Source: Thermoplasmatota archaeon
Lineage (GTDB): Archaea; Thermoplasmatota; DTKX01; DATEUP01
Reading direction: 5' to 3'
Assembly (NCBI GenBank): GCA_035283065.1
Contig: DATEUP010000275.1
Coordinates: 1 to 58,852, forward strand
DNA: 58,852 nucleotides
Position 1 is the first letter of the stretch. Each line of letters opens with the position of its first letter. Below are positions 17,268-26,940 of this stretch, one piece after another. A program made the position numbers and the translations under genes. The notes under the pieces were generated by a model. That model saw only the letters and a program-made list of their open reading frames with translations. It made no database searches and was not told the origin of the DNA.

Positions 17268-18094
17268 CAGGTGAAGAGGCCGGGTTCAGGGTCGTAATTT
17301 GTCAAGAGGTACTCCTTGACGATGGGGTTGCCGTTCTCGTACTTCGTGCGCCGGTCGTTGGAGATTAAGAGGGAACGCTCCAGCACCTCGCGCCGCCACC
17401 CGTCGAACTTGTCGGCGTCCTCCTGCTTGCCCACCGAGACGAGGGCCTTGCCCTTGATCCGGCCGAGCCGTTCTACGAGGGCGTCGAGCTTCTCGGGCGG
17501 CCAGTCGTAGAGGCAGTCGTCGGCCGCCTCGCCGGCGGTTCCATAGGTGTACGGGGGGTCGAGGTAGAAGAAGGTCTGCGGGCCGTCGTAGCGATCGAGG
17601 ATGTCCGACCAGTCGAGGCACTCCATGGTCACGCGGGTTAGGCGGCCGGCCACGTTGAGGATGTTCCGACAGGCGTTCGAGTAGGCCGTCGCGCCGGTGA
17701 CGAGGGAGTAGCCGAAGTTGCCCGGCGACCAGGTAGGAACGCCCCCGAACGTCATCCTCTGCATGAAGAAAAACACGGCCGCCCGCTCGATGGGGTCCTC
17801 GGGCCGCCACCCATCCTTCGACCACTTCGTGGCCCACTCTCCGTAGAGCTTTCGGGCCTTGGGGGTCCAGTAGCATCGGCGCGCTAGTTCCTCGGCGTTG
17901 TCTCGGACCTGCATCATGAAATTCACCAGGTCGCCCCGGATGTCATTGTAGACCTCAACCTGCGAGGGGGCCTTCGTCATCAGAACCGCGGCGCCGCCGC
18001 CGAAGGGCTCGACGTAGCAGACGTGAGGGGGGATGCGGGCGATGATCTCGTCGGCCATCCCCGCCTTTCCCCCTGCCATCCGAAGGAGGTTCAT
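17267..18094 (-). CDS. DNA N6-adenine methyltransferase (Dam/D12 class)
   Basis: Motifs YVEPFGGGAAV and FFYLDPPY. ATGA overlap with the upstream gene. Confidence 0.85.
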   Translation of the reverse strand: MNLLRMAGGKAGMADEIIARIPPHVCYVEPFGGGAAVLMTKAPSQVEVYNDIRGDLVNFMMQVRDNAEELARRCYWTPKARKLYGEWATKWSKDGWRPEDPIERAAVFFFMQRMTFGGVPTWSPGNFGYSLVTGATAYSNACRNILNVAGRLTRVTMECLDWSDILDRYDGPQTFFYLDPPYTYGTAGEAADDCLYDWPPEKLDALVERLGRIKGKALVSVGKQEDADKFDGWRREVLERSLLISNDRRTKYENGNPIVKEYLLTNYDPEPGLFT

Positions 18095-18438
18095 CCGCCC
18101 TGCTTGGCCCCCGCGTCGCCGCCGAGGGCGCGGTTGATCGCCTCGTTGAACTTCTCGACCGCCACGTCGTTCGGCGGATGCTTGGGGGAGATCCCCACCT
18201 CGCGGGGGTTCTCGGGCAGGCCGCACTCTACCGCGATGGCCGCCAGCAGGGCCGAGACCATCCCCATCGCGGCCTTGCGCTCTCCGGCCTCGGGCGGCGC
18301 CGACTCGGCCATCGCCGAGACCAGCGCCGCCGCGTCGGCAAGCGCGCAGGCGTATGCCTCCCGCTTGGCCTTGAGGCCGGCGAACCTCACCGAGATCGCG
18401 GCGAGCGCGTTGACGTAGTCCTGGAGGGGGGTTCCCAT
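18091..18438 (-). CDS. hypothetical protein (115 aa)
   Basis: ORF in the leftward chain. Confidence 0.55.
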   Translation of the reverse strand: MGTPLQDYVNALAAISVRFAGLKAKREAYACALADAAALVSAMAESAPPEAGERKAAMGMVSALLAAIAVECGLPENPREVGISPKHPPNDVAVEKFNEAINRALGGDAGAKQGG

Positions 18439-18439
18439 G

Positions 18440-18811
18440 CTAGGCCGACGCCTCCATCAGTTCCGCCTTCGTCGCGTCGTGCTGGGCGTCCTTCTTCTTG
18501 GCATCCTTCTTCGGGTCGTACTTGGCGCACTTGAGGCCGTTCTCGAGCGTGATCTTGAACCGGCCGTCGACGATCAACTGCTTGATGCCGTAGGACGCCA
18601 TCGTCGCGATCACCTCTTCCTTGTCGATCTTGGCCGCTTTGGCGGCCTCGGCCGCGGCTTCCTTGGCTTCCAACCAGACCCTGGCCTTAGCGAGGGTCTC
18701 CTTCATCTCGGCGGTCAACGCCCCCGGAAGGTACGGCTGCGTGACGGGACTCCCCTTGACCTTCTTGCCGGGCTTCAGTTTGGACATCACGCCGCGTCGC
18801 TTCGCTCCCAT
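18440..18811 (-). CDS. hypothetical Lys-rich protein (123 aa)
   Basis: TAGGAGG SD upstream of ATG 18811. Confidence 0.6.
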   Translation of the reverse strand: MGAKRRGVMSKLKPGKKVKGSPVTQPYLPGALTAEMKETLAKARVWLEAKEAAAEAAKAAKIDKEEVIATMASYGIKQLIVDGRFKITLENGLKCAKYDPKKDAKKKDAQHDATKAELMEASA

Positions 18812-18819
18812 CGTTCCTC

Positions 18820-19845
18820 CTAGATCCAATATGTCCCCTTAGTTTTAGCGTGGGAGGCCGGTGGTACGCCAGTCCCGGCCTCCCCCCACGCCGCGGAGGG
18901 ACGCTTGCGGCGCGAAGTTTTCGTCTTCGGTTCCGTCGTCGTGCCGTTCGCGCCCGCCGGCGGAAGATCGAAGCCCGAGGGGCCTTCCCGGCGCCACTGG
19001 TGGCAGACGACCGACACCGGACACCAGTCCAGGCAGCGCAGCGGCTCGTTGCGGCGGTTCGTCCAGCGTTCGCGGTCGGAGCACTCGGGCAGTTGACCGT
19101 CGATCTTCTGGCGGGCCTGCATGTGGTTCTGCAGGCGCACCTTCAGGTACGCCGCGGCCCGGGCGTCCGACATCAAATCAAGGGGGAGAACCCCGAACGG
19201 CGGCGGGTACGGCTCGCCCCTGTCGCGCGCCTTGCGCGCGTGGGCCTTGTCCCAATCGCGGATCATGAAATGCAGGAACGCCTTCTGCGGGTCGCGCTTG
19301 ACCGGCTTGCCCGTTCCCTTGAACGTGCCGTGCCGCGCGAGGTGGGCGTAGAGCGATTCCTGCAAACTCTCGTCCTCGAGCGTGGCGATGCCGCGCTTCC
19401 ACCAGTGCCACCACTTGACCTTCCGGGTCTTGCGCGAGACGAGTACGTCGCAGCCTCGGCGGGGGTCAAAGTAGATTTTGTCGGGGGTTCCCCCGACGAT
19501 CTTGTCGCTCACCTTCATGACGATGGGGTGCTCCACGAGCAGGTCGCGCTGCACGCGCGCGAGCGCCCCCCGCTCCTCCATCTGCTGGTGGAACCATCGC
19601 CCCTGCGCGGCTTCGAGGATGTCCTCGAGTCGGATGGCGTAGTCGTGGCGCGAGCGGAGCGTCTGGACCTGCGGGGGTTCGAGGAGTTCCGTCACGGTGA
19701 TGTCGGCGTAGGCGCTGCGCCGCACGGTGGAGACCAGCCACGTGATCATCTCGGGGTCCATGTCGCCGAACCAATCGGGGTGCAGATGCGCCTCGTCGAG
19801 CGGTATCTTGCGGTTGTCGAGGGTGAGGAGGTGGGTAGCCGGCAT
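18820..19845 (-). CDS. PD-(D/E)XK-family exonuclease (Cas4/RecB-like) with C-terminal Cys cluster
   Basis: Core GGTPDKIYFDPRRGCDVLVSRKTRK. Cys cluster ECSD ... RCLDWCPVSVVC. Paired with the annealase upstream. Confidence 0.6.
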   Translation of the reverse strand: MPATHLLTLDNRKIPLDEAHLHPDWFGDMDPEMITWLVSTVRRSAYADITVTELLEPPQVQTLRSRHDYAIRLEDILEAAQGRWFHQQMEERGALARVQRDLLVEHPIVMKVSDKIVGGTPDKIYFDPRRGCDVLVSRKTRKVKWWHWWKRGIATLEDESLQESLYAHLARHGTFKGTGKPVKRDPQKAFLHFMIRDWDKAHARKARDRGEPYPPPFGVLPLDLMSDARAAAYLKVRLQNHMQARQKIDGQLPECSDRERWTNRRNEPLRCLDWCPVSVVCHQWRREGPSGFDLPPAGANGTTTEPKTKTSRRKRPSAAWGEAGTGVPPASHAKTKGTYWI

Positions 19846-20754
19846 TTACGGCCTCGCCGTGATCTTGGTTGTGTCGCCCTCGGTGACGAACATGCCCACG
19901 CCGTCGAGCACCGGCACGAACTGCTTGAGGACCACATCGCACTCCTCGCCCGTCAGATCGCGCGGGCTTGGAACGCCCCCGGACCATTGCTTGTTGGGCA
20001 AGAGCCACGTGATGGCGCCGAGGATTTGTTCGCGCGTTCCCATCCCCCGCTTGATGATGTTCTGGGCCATCTGGTAGACCTTTGTCTGGGCGGGGTTCAG
20101 GGTCTTGGCCTGCTCGTCCGCCGCCTGCTGCACCTTCTGCTCGTAGCGGCGGGCCTCCTGCTTGATCTTCGAGTGCTTGCCGCTGTAGACGTCCTCGGCC
20201 ACGCCGAACGAGTTGGCGCACTTCTTGAAGGCGTCCGTGGCGGCGCCCTTGAAACCGACGTCGGGGTCGGTGATGCCGCCCCCGTCCTTCCTCGCCTGGA
20301 CCCGGCCGGTGCCGTACTGCTCGCGGTGAATCCAGCCGGCGGGAGTGAGCACCTCCAGGCGGCCCTTGACGATGACGTAGTGCTCTTGGCGGATGAGATC
20401 CCACGGACAGGCGAGCTCGAACCCGAACCGCCATCCCACCTTCCCGAACGTCTCGTCGAGGACGCGGCGAACGTAGTCGTCGGTGACGTATGCGATCCCC
20501 GCTTTCTTGCCGACCTCGGGCCCGAGCACCTTGATGTCGGAGGCCGGGGTGGGAGCATCGAGGGCGGCGCGGATCATCTCGTGGTGCTGCTTGACCGTGG
20601 CCATCAGCACGACGTTGCGGCGAATCTCGGCGTCGGGGATCGCCATGACACCGGAGACCCCTCCGGGGGCTCCGTTGGGGGTGACCGGCGCGAGGGCGCG
20701 GGTCACGGGGCGGGACTTGGCCTTGCGGCGGGACTTGGCCTTGCGGCGTACCAT
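19846..20754 (-). CDS. Rad52/Sak-type single-strand annealing protein
   Basis: Motifs IAYVTDDYVRRVLDETFGKVGWRF and GFKGAATDAFKKCANSFGVAEDVY. AGGAGGTG SD. Confidence 0.8.
   Translation of the reverse strand: MVRRKAKSRRKAKSRPVTRALAPVTPNGAPGGVSGVMAIPDAEIRRNVVLMATVKQHHEMIRAALDAPTPASDIKVLGPEVGKKAGIAYVTDDYVRRVLDETFGKVGWRFGFELACPWDLIRQEHYVIVKGRLEVLTPAGWIHREQYGTGRVQARKDGGGITDPDVGFKGAATDAFKKCANSFGVAEDVYSGKHSKIKQEARRYEQKVQQAADEQAKTLNPAQTKVYQMAQNIIKRGMGTREQILGAITWLLPNKQWSGGVPSPRDLTGEECDVVLKQFVPVLDGVGMFVTEGDTTKITARP
20711..20746. repeat. perfect 18-bp tandem duplication (encodes RRKAKS RRKAKS)
   Basis: cgggacttggccttgcgg occurs twice in tandem inside the annealase N-terminus. Confidence 0.9.
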
Positions 20755-20773
20755 GCGTCACCTCCTGCGCCGC

Positions 20774-20802
20774 AGCCTACGGTATCGAAGCCGGAAGGTC
20801 AA
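20774..20802 (-). promoter_or_regulatory. sigma70-like promoter TTGACC-N17-TAGGCT for the recombination/methylase block
   Basis: Read on the minus strand, 19 nt upstream of ATG 20754. A partial operator (CCTACGGTATCGAAGC, 20776-20791) overlaps the -10 and spacer. Confidence 0.45.
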
Positions 20803-20809
20803 GAGAAAA

Positions 20810-20825
20810 GGTACGATTCCGTACC
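20810..20825. promoter_or_regulatory. operator-like palindrome GGTACGATTCCGTACC
   Basis: Perfect GGTACG-N4-CGTACC just upstream of the -35. Confidence 0.6.
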
Positions 20826-20965
20826 GATTATTTGGCGGCCTTCGAGCGCTCCTTGTTGCGGAGCTTGTGCTCTGCGGCCTTGTGGTAGGGGCAGCAGAAG
20901 CGGATCTTGGTGGGGAATCGTTGGCGGCACTTCCTGTACTCGCACCGGAGGGTTTGCGGCATGTA

Positions 20966-20981
20966 GGTACGATACCGTTAC
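20966..20981. promoter_or_regulatory. operator-like site GGTACGATACCGTTAC (1 mismatch)
   Basis: Lies in a low-GC gap just upstream of the giant rightward gene. Confidence 0.55.
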
Positions 20982-21042
20982 CCGGCCCCATGTCAACCTT
21001 TCCTTGCACGGGGGCCTCAAAATCGTATACCTTGAACGTCCA

Positions 21043-24000
21043 GTGGTCGACCGCCGCTTCTTCACGGTGCGCCAGTTCGTCCTCGGCGTGATCGAGGATC
21101 CGTTCCCGACGCTCAAGGACAAGGTCCAAACGCCGTGCCTGGAAGTGTCGGTGGTCATCGCCAGGGACGGACGCGAGTTCCTCCGGCTCGAAGCCTGCAA
21201 CCATCCACCGAACACGACCTTTGCCCTCTTCGCCACAGAGAACCCGACGCCGCCGTTCGGGGCGACGGCCCCTGTCGCGCAGTACACGACCGGGTCAGGG
21301 GGCGCCGCGAGCGCCATCCTGCCGGTCCCGCCATTCCTCGCGCTCCCCGCGCCGCCTCCACCGCCCCCGCCGCAACCCCCGCCGCCGCAACCTCCGCAAC
21401 CGCCGCCCCCGCCCGGGCCTCCGGGTCCCCCGGGACAGTCCGGGGCGTCTATGAACCAAATGGTCGTCTGGTTCGCCAACCCCGCCGGCGCGGCGTTCCT
21501 GTTCCCGCTCGCCACCAACGGGCAGGTGGTCACGAAGTCGCCGACGACCCCGTTCGGCGGCATCGCCTTCTTGTCGACCGCGCCCACCGGCGTGGGGACA
21601 GCGCCGCTACAGAGCGGGGACGAGCCCGTGCCCGACGAGGCCCCCGCCCCCGCCGGCCCGGACAAGACGGAAGTGCGGGACGCCATCAATCGCCTGATCA
21701 ACCTCGGGCGGGCCTGGGGCTTCGCCGAGGCGCGGTTCGACGAGGCAACCGCCGGCGTGGCAGAGGCGCGCGGCCTGGTGGCGCGCCAACGTCTCATCAC
21801 CTCCTTGACCGGCCTTTCGTCGGCGGATACCGAGATCCTCGCCGAGGCGCTGCGGATCATCCTCGAACAATCCCGACGAAGCGCTCTGCTTCAGGGGTTG
21901 GGCACGCAGGTCGTCGAGGACGATGACTTCTGGGAGGGCTTCAGAACGGCCCCGCCCGCGCCGGGCATTTTCCGCGTCCCCGCCCTCGAGTTCCTGCTCA
22001 TCACCCCCGACATGGAACGGCAGGCGGTGAACCGCCAGCGCCTTGGCGAGCACCTGGCCGCGGGCGTCGACAAGATCGCCAACGCGGTCTTCCTGGCCAT
22101 TATCGGGGGCCGGATTCAAGAGCTGGTCGGCGGGGTGGTCGTGCTGGTCGAAGCCCCCGCCCAACTGCCTGCCGAGGAAGCCCCCGCCGACCCGGCGAAC
22201 CTGGCATTCTTGATGATCCTCGTGCAGCAGAGCGCCGAGAACGGACGCCGCGACGCCGTCTCGCGTACAAAGGCGGAACTTGATCAGGTCTGGCTCGACC
22301 AGTTCCTAGTCGGCCAGCGGTTCCGCAACGCGCTGGCGTCCCTCGGCGTTTCCGCCGAGATGACCGAGGCGCTGGTCGAGCAGTTCACCGGCGTCTTCGT
22401 CGCCGGCGGGGCGGTCGCAGCCGCCGTCCCGGTGGAGGGCGTGCCTACGGACGAGCAGATCCGGGCGCAGACGATCGCCACCGGACGGTTGCGCGATCGG
22501 ATCGTTGAGACCCGTGAGTCCCTCGAGAAGGCCATCGCCGGTGCCGCCCCGCCCGCAGTGCCGCCGATCCCCGCGTTCCCCGCCGAACTCCAGGTCCCGG
22601 TGTTTGTGACCGGTGTCGACTTTGCGGGCTTCGCCGCGCGGGTTCGGTCCCTCATCTTCCGGATCGTACAACTGGCCTTACGCGCGGCGACGGGCGATGT
22701 CGATCTGGAGGCGGTCCGTCGAGCAACCGGGCAATTGGAGAGCGAGATCGGGGAGTGGGGGGAAATTGTCCTCGACCAGGCACGCCTGCGGGGCGTACCG
22801 GATGAGGATCGGGTCGTCATCGAGACCGCGCTTAACCGGATGACCCAAGGTTCGCGGCGGCTATTGCAGGCCATCACCTCGTTGCTCGAGGAAGCCGTCA
22901 AGAAGGAACCCAACAAGGAGTTGATCGGGGCGCAGTTGGCGATCATCGGCAAACTGGTCGGGATCAACCCCGAGACCAAAGAGATCTCGGGAATCAACGG
23001 CACCATCGAGGCGGGCGTGGCCGAAGTCGCAAAGCGCTTCAACGCGACCAAGGAGGAGGAGGCCCCCTCCACAGGCATCCCTCTCGACGCAGATCCTGAG
23101 ACCCTCAAGGAGAAACGTGCCGCGGAGGAAACCATCAAGAAGGAGGAAGCCGAAACCGGACAGCCGAAACGGTTCGCGGATCTGTGGGTTGAGGTTGCCC
23201 CGGATCTGGCGGCCTGGATCACGCTGATCAGGGATCTCGCGTTAGGCGTGATTCGGAAGTCCGGCGATAAGAAGGAGTTGCTCGCGAACCTCGATAGCGC
23301 CATCCGCCTCGCGGAGCGTCTGGTCGCATCCATCAAGGAGGAGAACTTTGCCTCCGACATCAGACTCGCCCTAACGGTGGATCAGCGCGAGCAGATCCTC
23401 ATTTACCTCAGTGGCATCATCGGCGAGCTTCGCTCCATCCGCAGCACCGCGCAGAAGGGAGGCAAGGAATCGGACATCAGAGAGCATGTGGAATTTGCCG
23501 AGAATCTGATCATTAGGATCACCAATCTGTACGCCCCCTTTGCCGACAGGCTCGGTCTCCGGGGGGCATTCCAGAACATCATTAACCGTATACTGAGAGA
23601 CCGCGAACCGTCCCCGAACGTCCTGCCCCCCATCGTCTTCGAGGTCTCTTTGACGACCCCGGGCACCGACGAGATCGCCATCAATATCGAACGGCTCCGC
23701 TCCGAGGACTCCGACGTGCGGGACCTGGGTTTCAACAACCTGATCGACATGACCCTGACGGCCCCCGACGCCGTGCGCGACGACCTGATCGAAAAGCTAG
23801 GGGCGGCAGCGGATTCTCCCGACCCCGAGCAGGCGGCAAGGGCAACGCGCATCCTCGACATGACCGTCGAGCGCCGGCTGGGCCGGATCGAGGAGTCCGC
23901 AGGCAAGGCGAGCGAGTTGATCCCGAAGCTCGAACAGGAGCCGATGGAGGCCGTCCCCCCGCCCACTCTGGACGAACTCCGAACGCGCAACGCCGCTATC

Positions 24001-25272
24001 AGCAGAGACCTGGACCGGCTCAGAGTATCCCGCAACGAGGAGCACGCGGCGCTTCAGGCGCTGTTGAAGGTCCAACTCAAGCAGGCCGCCCAGATGCTCC
24101 CGGGCGATCAGGCGGCGTTCCTCGTCGAGCGCCTCTTCGAGTTGTTCAACACGGTAGATTTCGCCTTCTTCGTTCTGGTGGGGGACATGGCCACTGCCAA
24201 CGAGGGAAGGGAGAGGATCCTCGCCCTCGACCGCTTCCTGCGGGCCGCCATCAACGGCGAACAGCCCGACTTCCTCGAATTCTTCGGTCAGACCCTCTTC
24301 AACGAACTGCAGGCATGGCACAGGCGCAAGCTCACGCCGGCCGAGACGGACGTGGACGCCAGGCGACCGACGCCCGAAGAAGAAAAGCGCCTGCGCCTTG
24401 AAGCCATCGCATCGGCCGCGCGGGCCGTCGAAGGCGCCGCCACGGTCAAAGACTTCGCCGAACCCGCGAGGGTGGTCCTCGTAGAGATCAATGCCCTGCT
24501 CTCGTCGGGGATCCCCCTATCCCTGCTTGAGTTCGACCACCTGATGCAGTTCCGGCGGGTGGTCGCGTTCAAGGCCGTCAGGTTTGGGATCGACCCGCCG
24601 GCGGGGTCGGTCGAGCCCACGCCAGAGACGGCCGCGTCCGTCAAGGAACGCGAGCAGGAAGGCATCAACGTACAAATCAACGCCGGACTGGCCTTGATCA
24701 ACGCGAGCATGGTCGCCAACACGATCCTCGCCGACTCGGGCAAGATCGCGTCGGTGGTGGTCACAGGCCTCACGGGCGCGCTCGCCGAGTTGGGTTTCGG
24801 GGGCTTCTTCGGCGGCGCCCTCCGCGCCGTCAGGCAAGCCCTCGCCGGCAGCACGCGGGTCGGACTCGATACGCGGGTCTGGATATTCGCCGTTGACGAG
24901 AGCGGCGTCGCCGTCAGCGCCCGATCCGAATCCGCCTTACAAGGTCAGGGGGAAATCTACGCGGGGGTGATGGGGGCCCAGGTCTGCGCCCCGGCCTTCA
25001 TCGCCACGGTCGCCCAACTGTCGGCCATGCTCCAGCGAACCGTCTCGGCCATCAAGGCGGCCGCCCGAGCCGAGGCGGATGCGCTGGTAGCGGCCGGCCT
25101 CGAGGAAACCGAACGCGCTATGGCCCTTTTCGGGGCGCTGCCCGTCTTCCGCTCGTTCGAGCAAGCCTTCGGCATGGCTATCGAGCGGGCTTCGGTGATC
25201 GGGGCATCCATCATCCAGCGCGGTATCTCGCCTGCGGACAGGCCGCCCGCCCGCCGCGCCGCCCGCTCCTAA
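21043..25272 (+). CDS. giant tail-motif protein (~1409 aa) ending ...PPARRAARS
   Basis: 3' part of the 2140-aa ORF. Third-position G+C rises sharply near GTG 21043 and no in-frame ATG occurs before 21451, so the start is uncertain (21004-21088). Layout: beta-like N-domain, PPPPPPPQPPPPQPPQPPPPPGPPGPPG linker, long helical body. Confidence 0.65.
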   Translation: MVDRRFFTVRQFVLGVIEDPFPTLKDKVQTPCLEVSVVIARDGREFLRLEACNHPPNTTFALFATENPTPPFGATAPVAQYTTGSGGAASAILPVPPFLALPAPPPPPPPQPPPPQPPQPPPPPGPPGPPGQSGASMNQMVVWFANPAGAAFLFPLATNGQVVTKSPTTPFGGIAFLSTAPTGVGTAPLQSGDEPVPDEAPAPAGPDKTEVRDAINRLINLGRAWGFAEARFDEATAGVAEARGLVARQRLITSLTGLSSADTEILAEALRIILEQSRRSALLQGLGTQVVEDDDFWEGFRTAPPAPGIFRVPALEFLLITPDMERQAVNRQRLGEHLAAGVDKIANAVFLAIIGGRIQELVGGVVVLVEAPAQLPAEEAPADPANLAFLMILVQQSAENGRRDAVSRTKAELDQVWLDQFLVGQRFRNALASLGVSAEMTEALVEQFTGVFVAGGAVAAAVPVEGVPTDEQIRAQTIATGRLRDRIVETRESLEKAIAGAAPPAVPPIPAFPAELQVPVFVTGVDFAGFAARVRSLIFRIVQLALRAATGDVDLEAVRRATGQLESEIGEWGEIVLDQARLRGVPDEDRVVIETALNRMTQGSRRLLQAITSLLEEAVKKEPNKELIGAQLAIIGKLVGINPETKEISGINGTIEAGVAEVAKRFNATKEEEAPSTGIPLDADPETLKEKRAAEETIKKEEAETGQPKRFADLWVEVAPDLAAWITLIRDLALGVIRKSGDKKELLANLDSAIRLAERLVASIKEENFASDIRLALTVDQREQILIYLSGIIGELRSIRSTAQKGGKESDIREHVEFAENLIIRITNLYAPFADRLGLRGAFQNIINRILRDREPSPNVLPPIVFEVSLTTPGTDEIAINIERLRSEDSDVRDLGFNNLIDMTLTAPDAVRDDLIEKLGAAADSPDPEQAARATRILDMTVERRLGRIEESAGKASELIPKLEQEPMEAVPPPTLDELRTRNAAISRDLDRLRVSRNEEHAALQALLKVQLKQAAQMLPGDQAAFLVERLFELFNTVDFAFFVLVGDMATANEGRERILALDRFLRAAINGEQPDFLEFFGQTLFNELQAWHRRKLTPAETDVDARRPTPEEEKRLRLEAIASAARAVEGAATVKDFAEPARVVLVEINALLSSGIPLSLLEFDHLMQFRRVVAFKAVRFGIDPPAGSVEPTPETAASVKEREQEGINVQINAGLALINASMVANTILADSGKIASVVVTGLTGALAELGFGGFFGGALRAVRQALAGSTRVGLDTRVWIFAVDESGVAVSARSESALQGQGEIYAGVMGAQVCAPAFIATVAQLSAMLQRTVSAIKAAARAEADALVAAGLEETERAMALFGALPVFRSFEQAFGMAIERASVIGASIIQRGISPADRPPARRAARS

Positions 25273-25742
25273 CGCGGCTTGCGGGCGACGATGAGAAAAC
25301 TGTAGAACTGGTCGGCCCCGCTCTCGGTCTGGTTGTGGACGACCACGCCGCCGAGGGCCTTGATGACCGACGTGACGTCCCCCGGCTCGAACTCGTGGAA
25401 GTGCTCGGGGTTCGGAACCTTGTAGAGATCCTTGTGGGGGAGGTAGAGGATGAGGTAGCCGCCGGGGGCGATGACCCGCCACCAGAGGGGAAGGATCTGG
25501 CCGGGCGGTGGGACCAGATGCTCGAGGCAGTGGGAGCTGAAGACGTAGTCGAACTCCCCATCCTCAAACGGGAGCGACCCGGTCAAGTCCAGGGCCATGT
25601 CCACGGACGGGATGATCCTCGCGTCAACTCCGATGGCGTCCGGGCAGATTTTCTCCCCGCCGCATCCGAGGTCGAGGCCCTTGCCCATGCAGAGGCCGCG
25701 CACGCGCTCCCGAACCTTCGCCGTTTCGCTGTAGAACGCCAT
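25269..25742 (-). CDS. class I SAM-dependent methyltransferase
   Basis: Motifs GLDLGCGG, VFSSHCLEHL and PGGYLILY. Confidence 0.8.
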   Translation of the reverse strand: MAFYSETAKVRERVRGLCMGKGLDLGCGGEKICPDAIGVDARIIPSVDMALDLTGSLPFEDGEFDYVFSSHCLEHLVPPPGQILPLWWRVIAPGGYLILYLPHKDLYKVPNPEHFHEFEPGDVTSVIKALGGVVVHNQTESGADQFYSFLIVARKPR

Positions 25743-26147
25743 CTACCCCCTCAACTCCATAAGGTGCGCCGGATGGATCTGGGCCTCCGGGATCCGGCTA
25801 CGGACGATCTCCTCGGCCTCCGCGAAGGAACGGCCGGTAAACTCGACGAGCCACGCGAGGACCACGGCCGGCGACCTCGACCGTCCGACCATGCAGTGAA
25901 CCAGAACCCGGTGTCCGCGACGCACAAGCATCTCAAGGACGGTGGCGGCCGCCTCAACCGTCCCCGTTGGGTTTCCCGGACCGTCCCGCATGGGTACTCG
26001 AGCGTGCTCGAACCCCTTCTCGAAGATTTCGTAGTTGGCGTCGCCGGCGACGTTGAGGACCCCCGTGATCCCTTCGGCCTTGAGCCCCTCAAAGTTTACC
26101 GCATCGGCATACGCGCCCTGGTACACCGCAGGCGTTACCCTTCTCAC
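25743..26147 (-). CDS. dual-specificity (Cys-based) protein phosphatase
   Basis: Active-site loop VHCMVGRSRS (HCxxGxxRS). Confidence 0.8.
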   Translation of the reverse strand: MRRVTPAVYQGAYADAVNFEGLKAEGITGVLNVAGDANYEIFEKGFEHARVPMRDGPGNPTGTVEAAATVLEMLVRRGHRVLVHCMVGRSRSPAVVLAWLVEFTGRSFAEAEEIVRSRIPEAQIHPAHLMELRG

Positions 26148-26917
26148 AGGTATCGGGCGACCGCGTTGAAGACGACCTCGGCCGGGATGTTCATGCAGGC
26201 GTTCTTTCTTCCCGGCTCAAGGGAGCACTCGGTGAAGTGGCGGGGTGCCGGGCCGCGATGGTGGCATCCGAGGCACTCGAGGTCGGTTCGACGGATGGCC
26301 GACACCTTCGCCTGCGGGGCAACGCGGAACCGGGACTCCGTCGAACCGAAGAGGACCACCGCCGGCGTGCCCACCGCCTGGGCCACGTGAGCCAACAGGC
26401 TGTCGGGGCCCACGAAGGCCCGGGCGTTCTTGATGAGCGCCGCGACGACCCCGAGGGACTGGCGGGCCACCCGGATGAGTTCGGGCACCGTCCTGGGGTG
26501 GTGGCCGAGGCCGACCACCTGAAGGCCGCGAGTCCTCAACATCCGCACGAGCCTTCCGGTCTCGGGGTCGCCCCATGTCCTGCTCGGCCACGTGACCGAA
26601 AGATCGAGCGCCACGTAGGAGTGGGGCCGAACGATGCGCGCCGCGGTTTGGGCGTCAAGAGTACGCACCTCGAAGTCGGCGCGGAAGTCCACGACGCGCA
26701 CGCCGGCGGCGCGGGCGTAGGCCGAGACGATGTGCTCGTTGGGCGAACGCTCGTAGACGTCGTCGAGGTTGATGACCCTCTGGCCGTTCGTGTTCGGGGG
26801 CCAACCGCGGACCTCGGCCACGTACCGCGACTGGATGACGTCGGGGGTTTCGGTCCAGAGGACCACCCTCTTGCCCTGCGCCGAAAGGGCCCGGGCGATG
26901 AGGGTCGTCAACAGCAC
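26144..26917 (-). CDS. glycosyltransferase family 9 (heptosyltransferase-like); N-terminus may extend upstream
   Basis: Motif GPDSLLAHVAQAVGTPAVVLFGST. In-frame upstream codons read IHIVRRAARGD before VLLTT but contain no ATG, GTG or TTG. Confidence 0.7.
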   Translation of the reverse strand: MLLTTLIARALSAQGKRVVLWTETPDVIQSRYVAEVRGWPPNTNGQRVINLDDVYERSPNEHIVSAYARAAGVRVVDFRADFEVRTLDAQTAARIVRPHSYVALDLSVTWPSRTWGDPETGRLVRMLRTRGLQVVGLGHHPRTVPELIRVARQSLGVVAALIKNARAFVGPDSLLAHVAQAVGTPAVVLFGSTESRFRVAPQAKVSAIRRTDLECLGCHHRGPAPRHFTECSLEPGRKNACMNIPAEVVFNAVARYL

Positions 26918-26940
26918 GTCGCCGCGCGCCGCCCTTCGGA

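Noticed and set aside
18850-21042. The 5' 2.2 kb of the 2140-aa plus-strand ORF
   Set aside because: It runs antisense to the well-supported exonuclease and Rad52-type genes. The translation is Gly/Arg/Leu/Val-rich and low-complexity. It also crosses a low-GC promoter region. Only the part from about 21043 is treated as coding.
21350-21440. CCG/CCC-rich repetitive stretch considered as a CRISPR array or satellite
   Set aside because: It is an in-frame poly-proline linker. There is no repeat-spacer periodicity. No CRISPR array was seen anywhere in the window.
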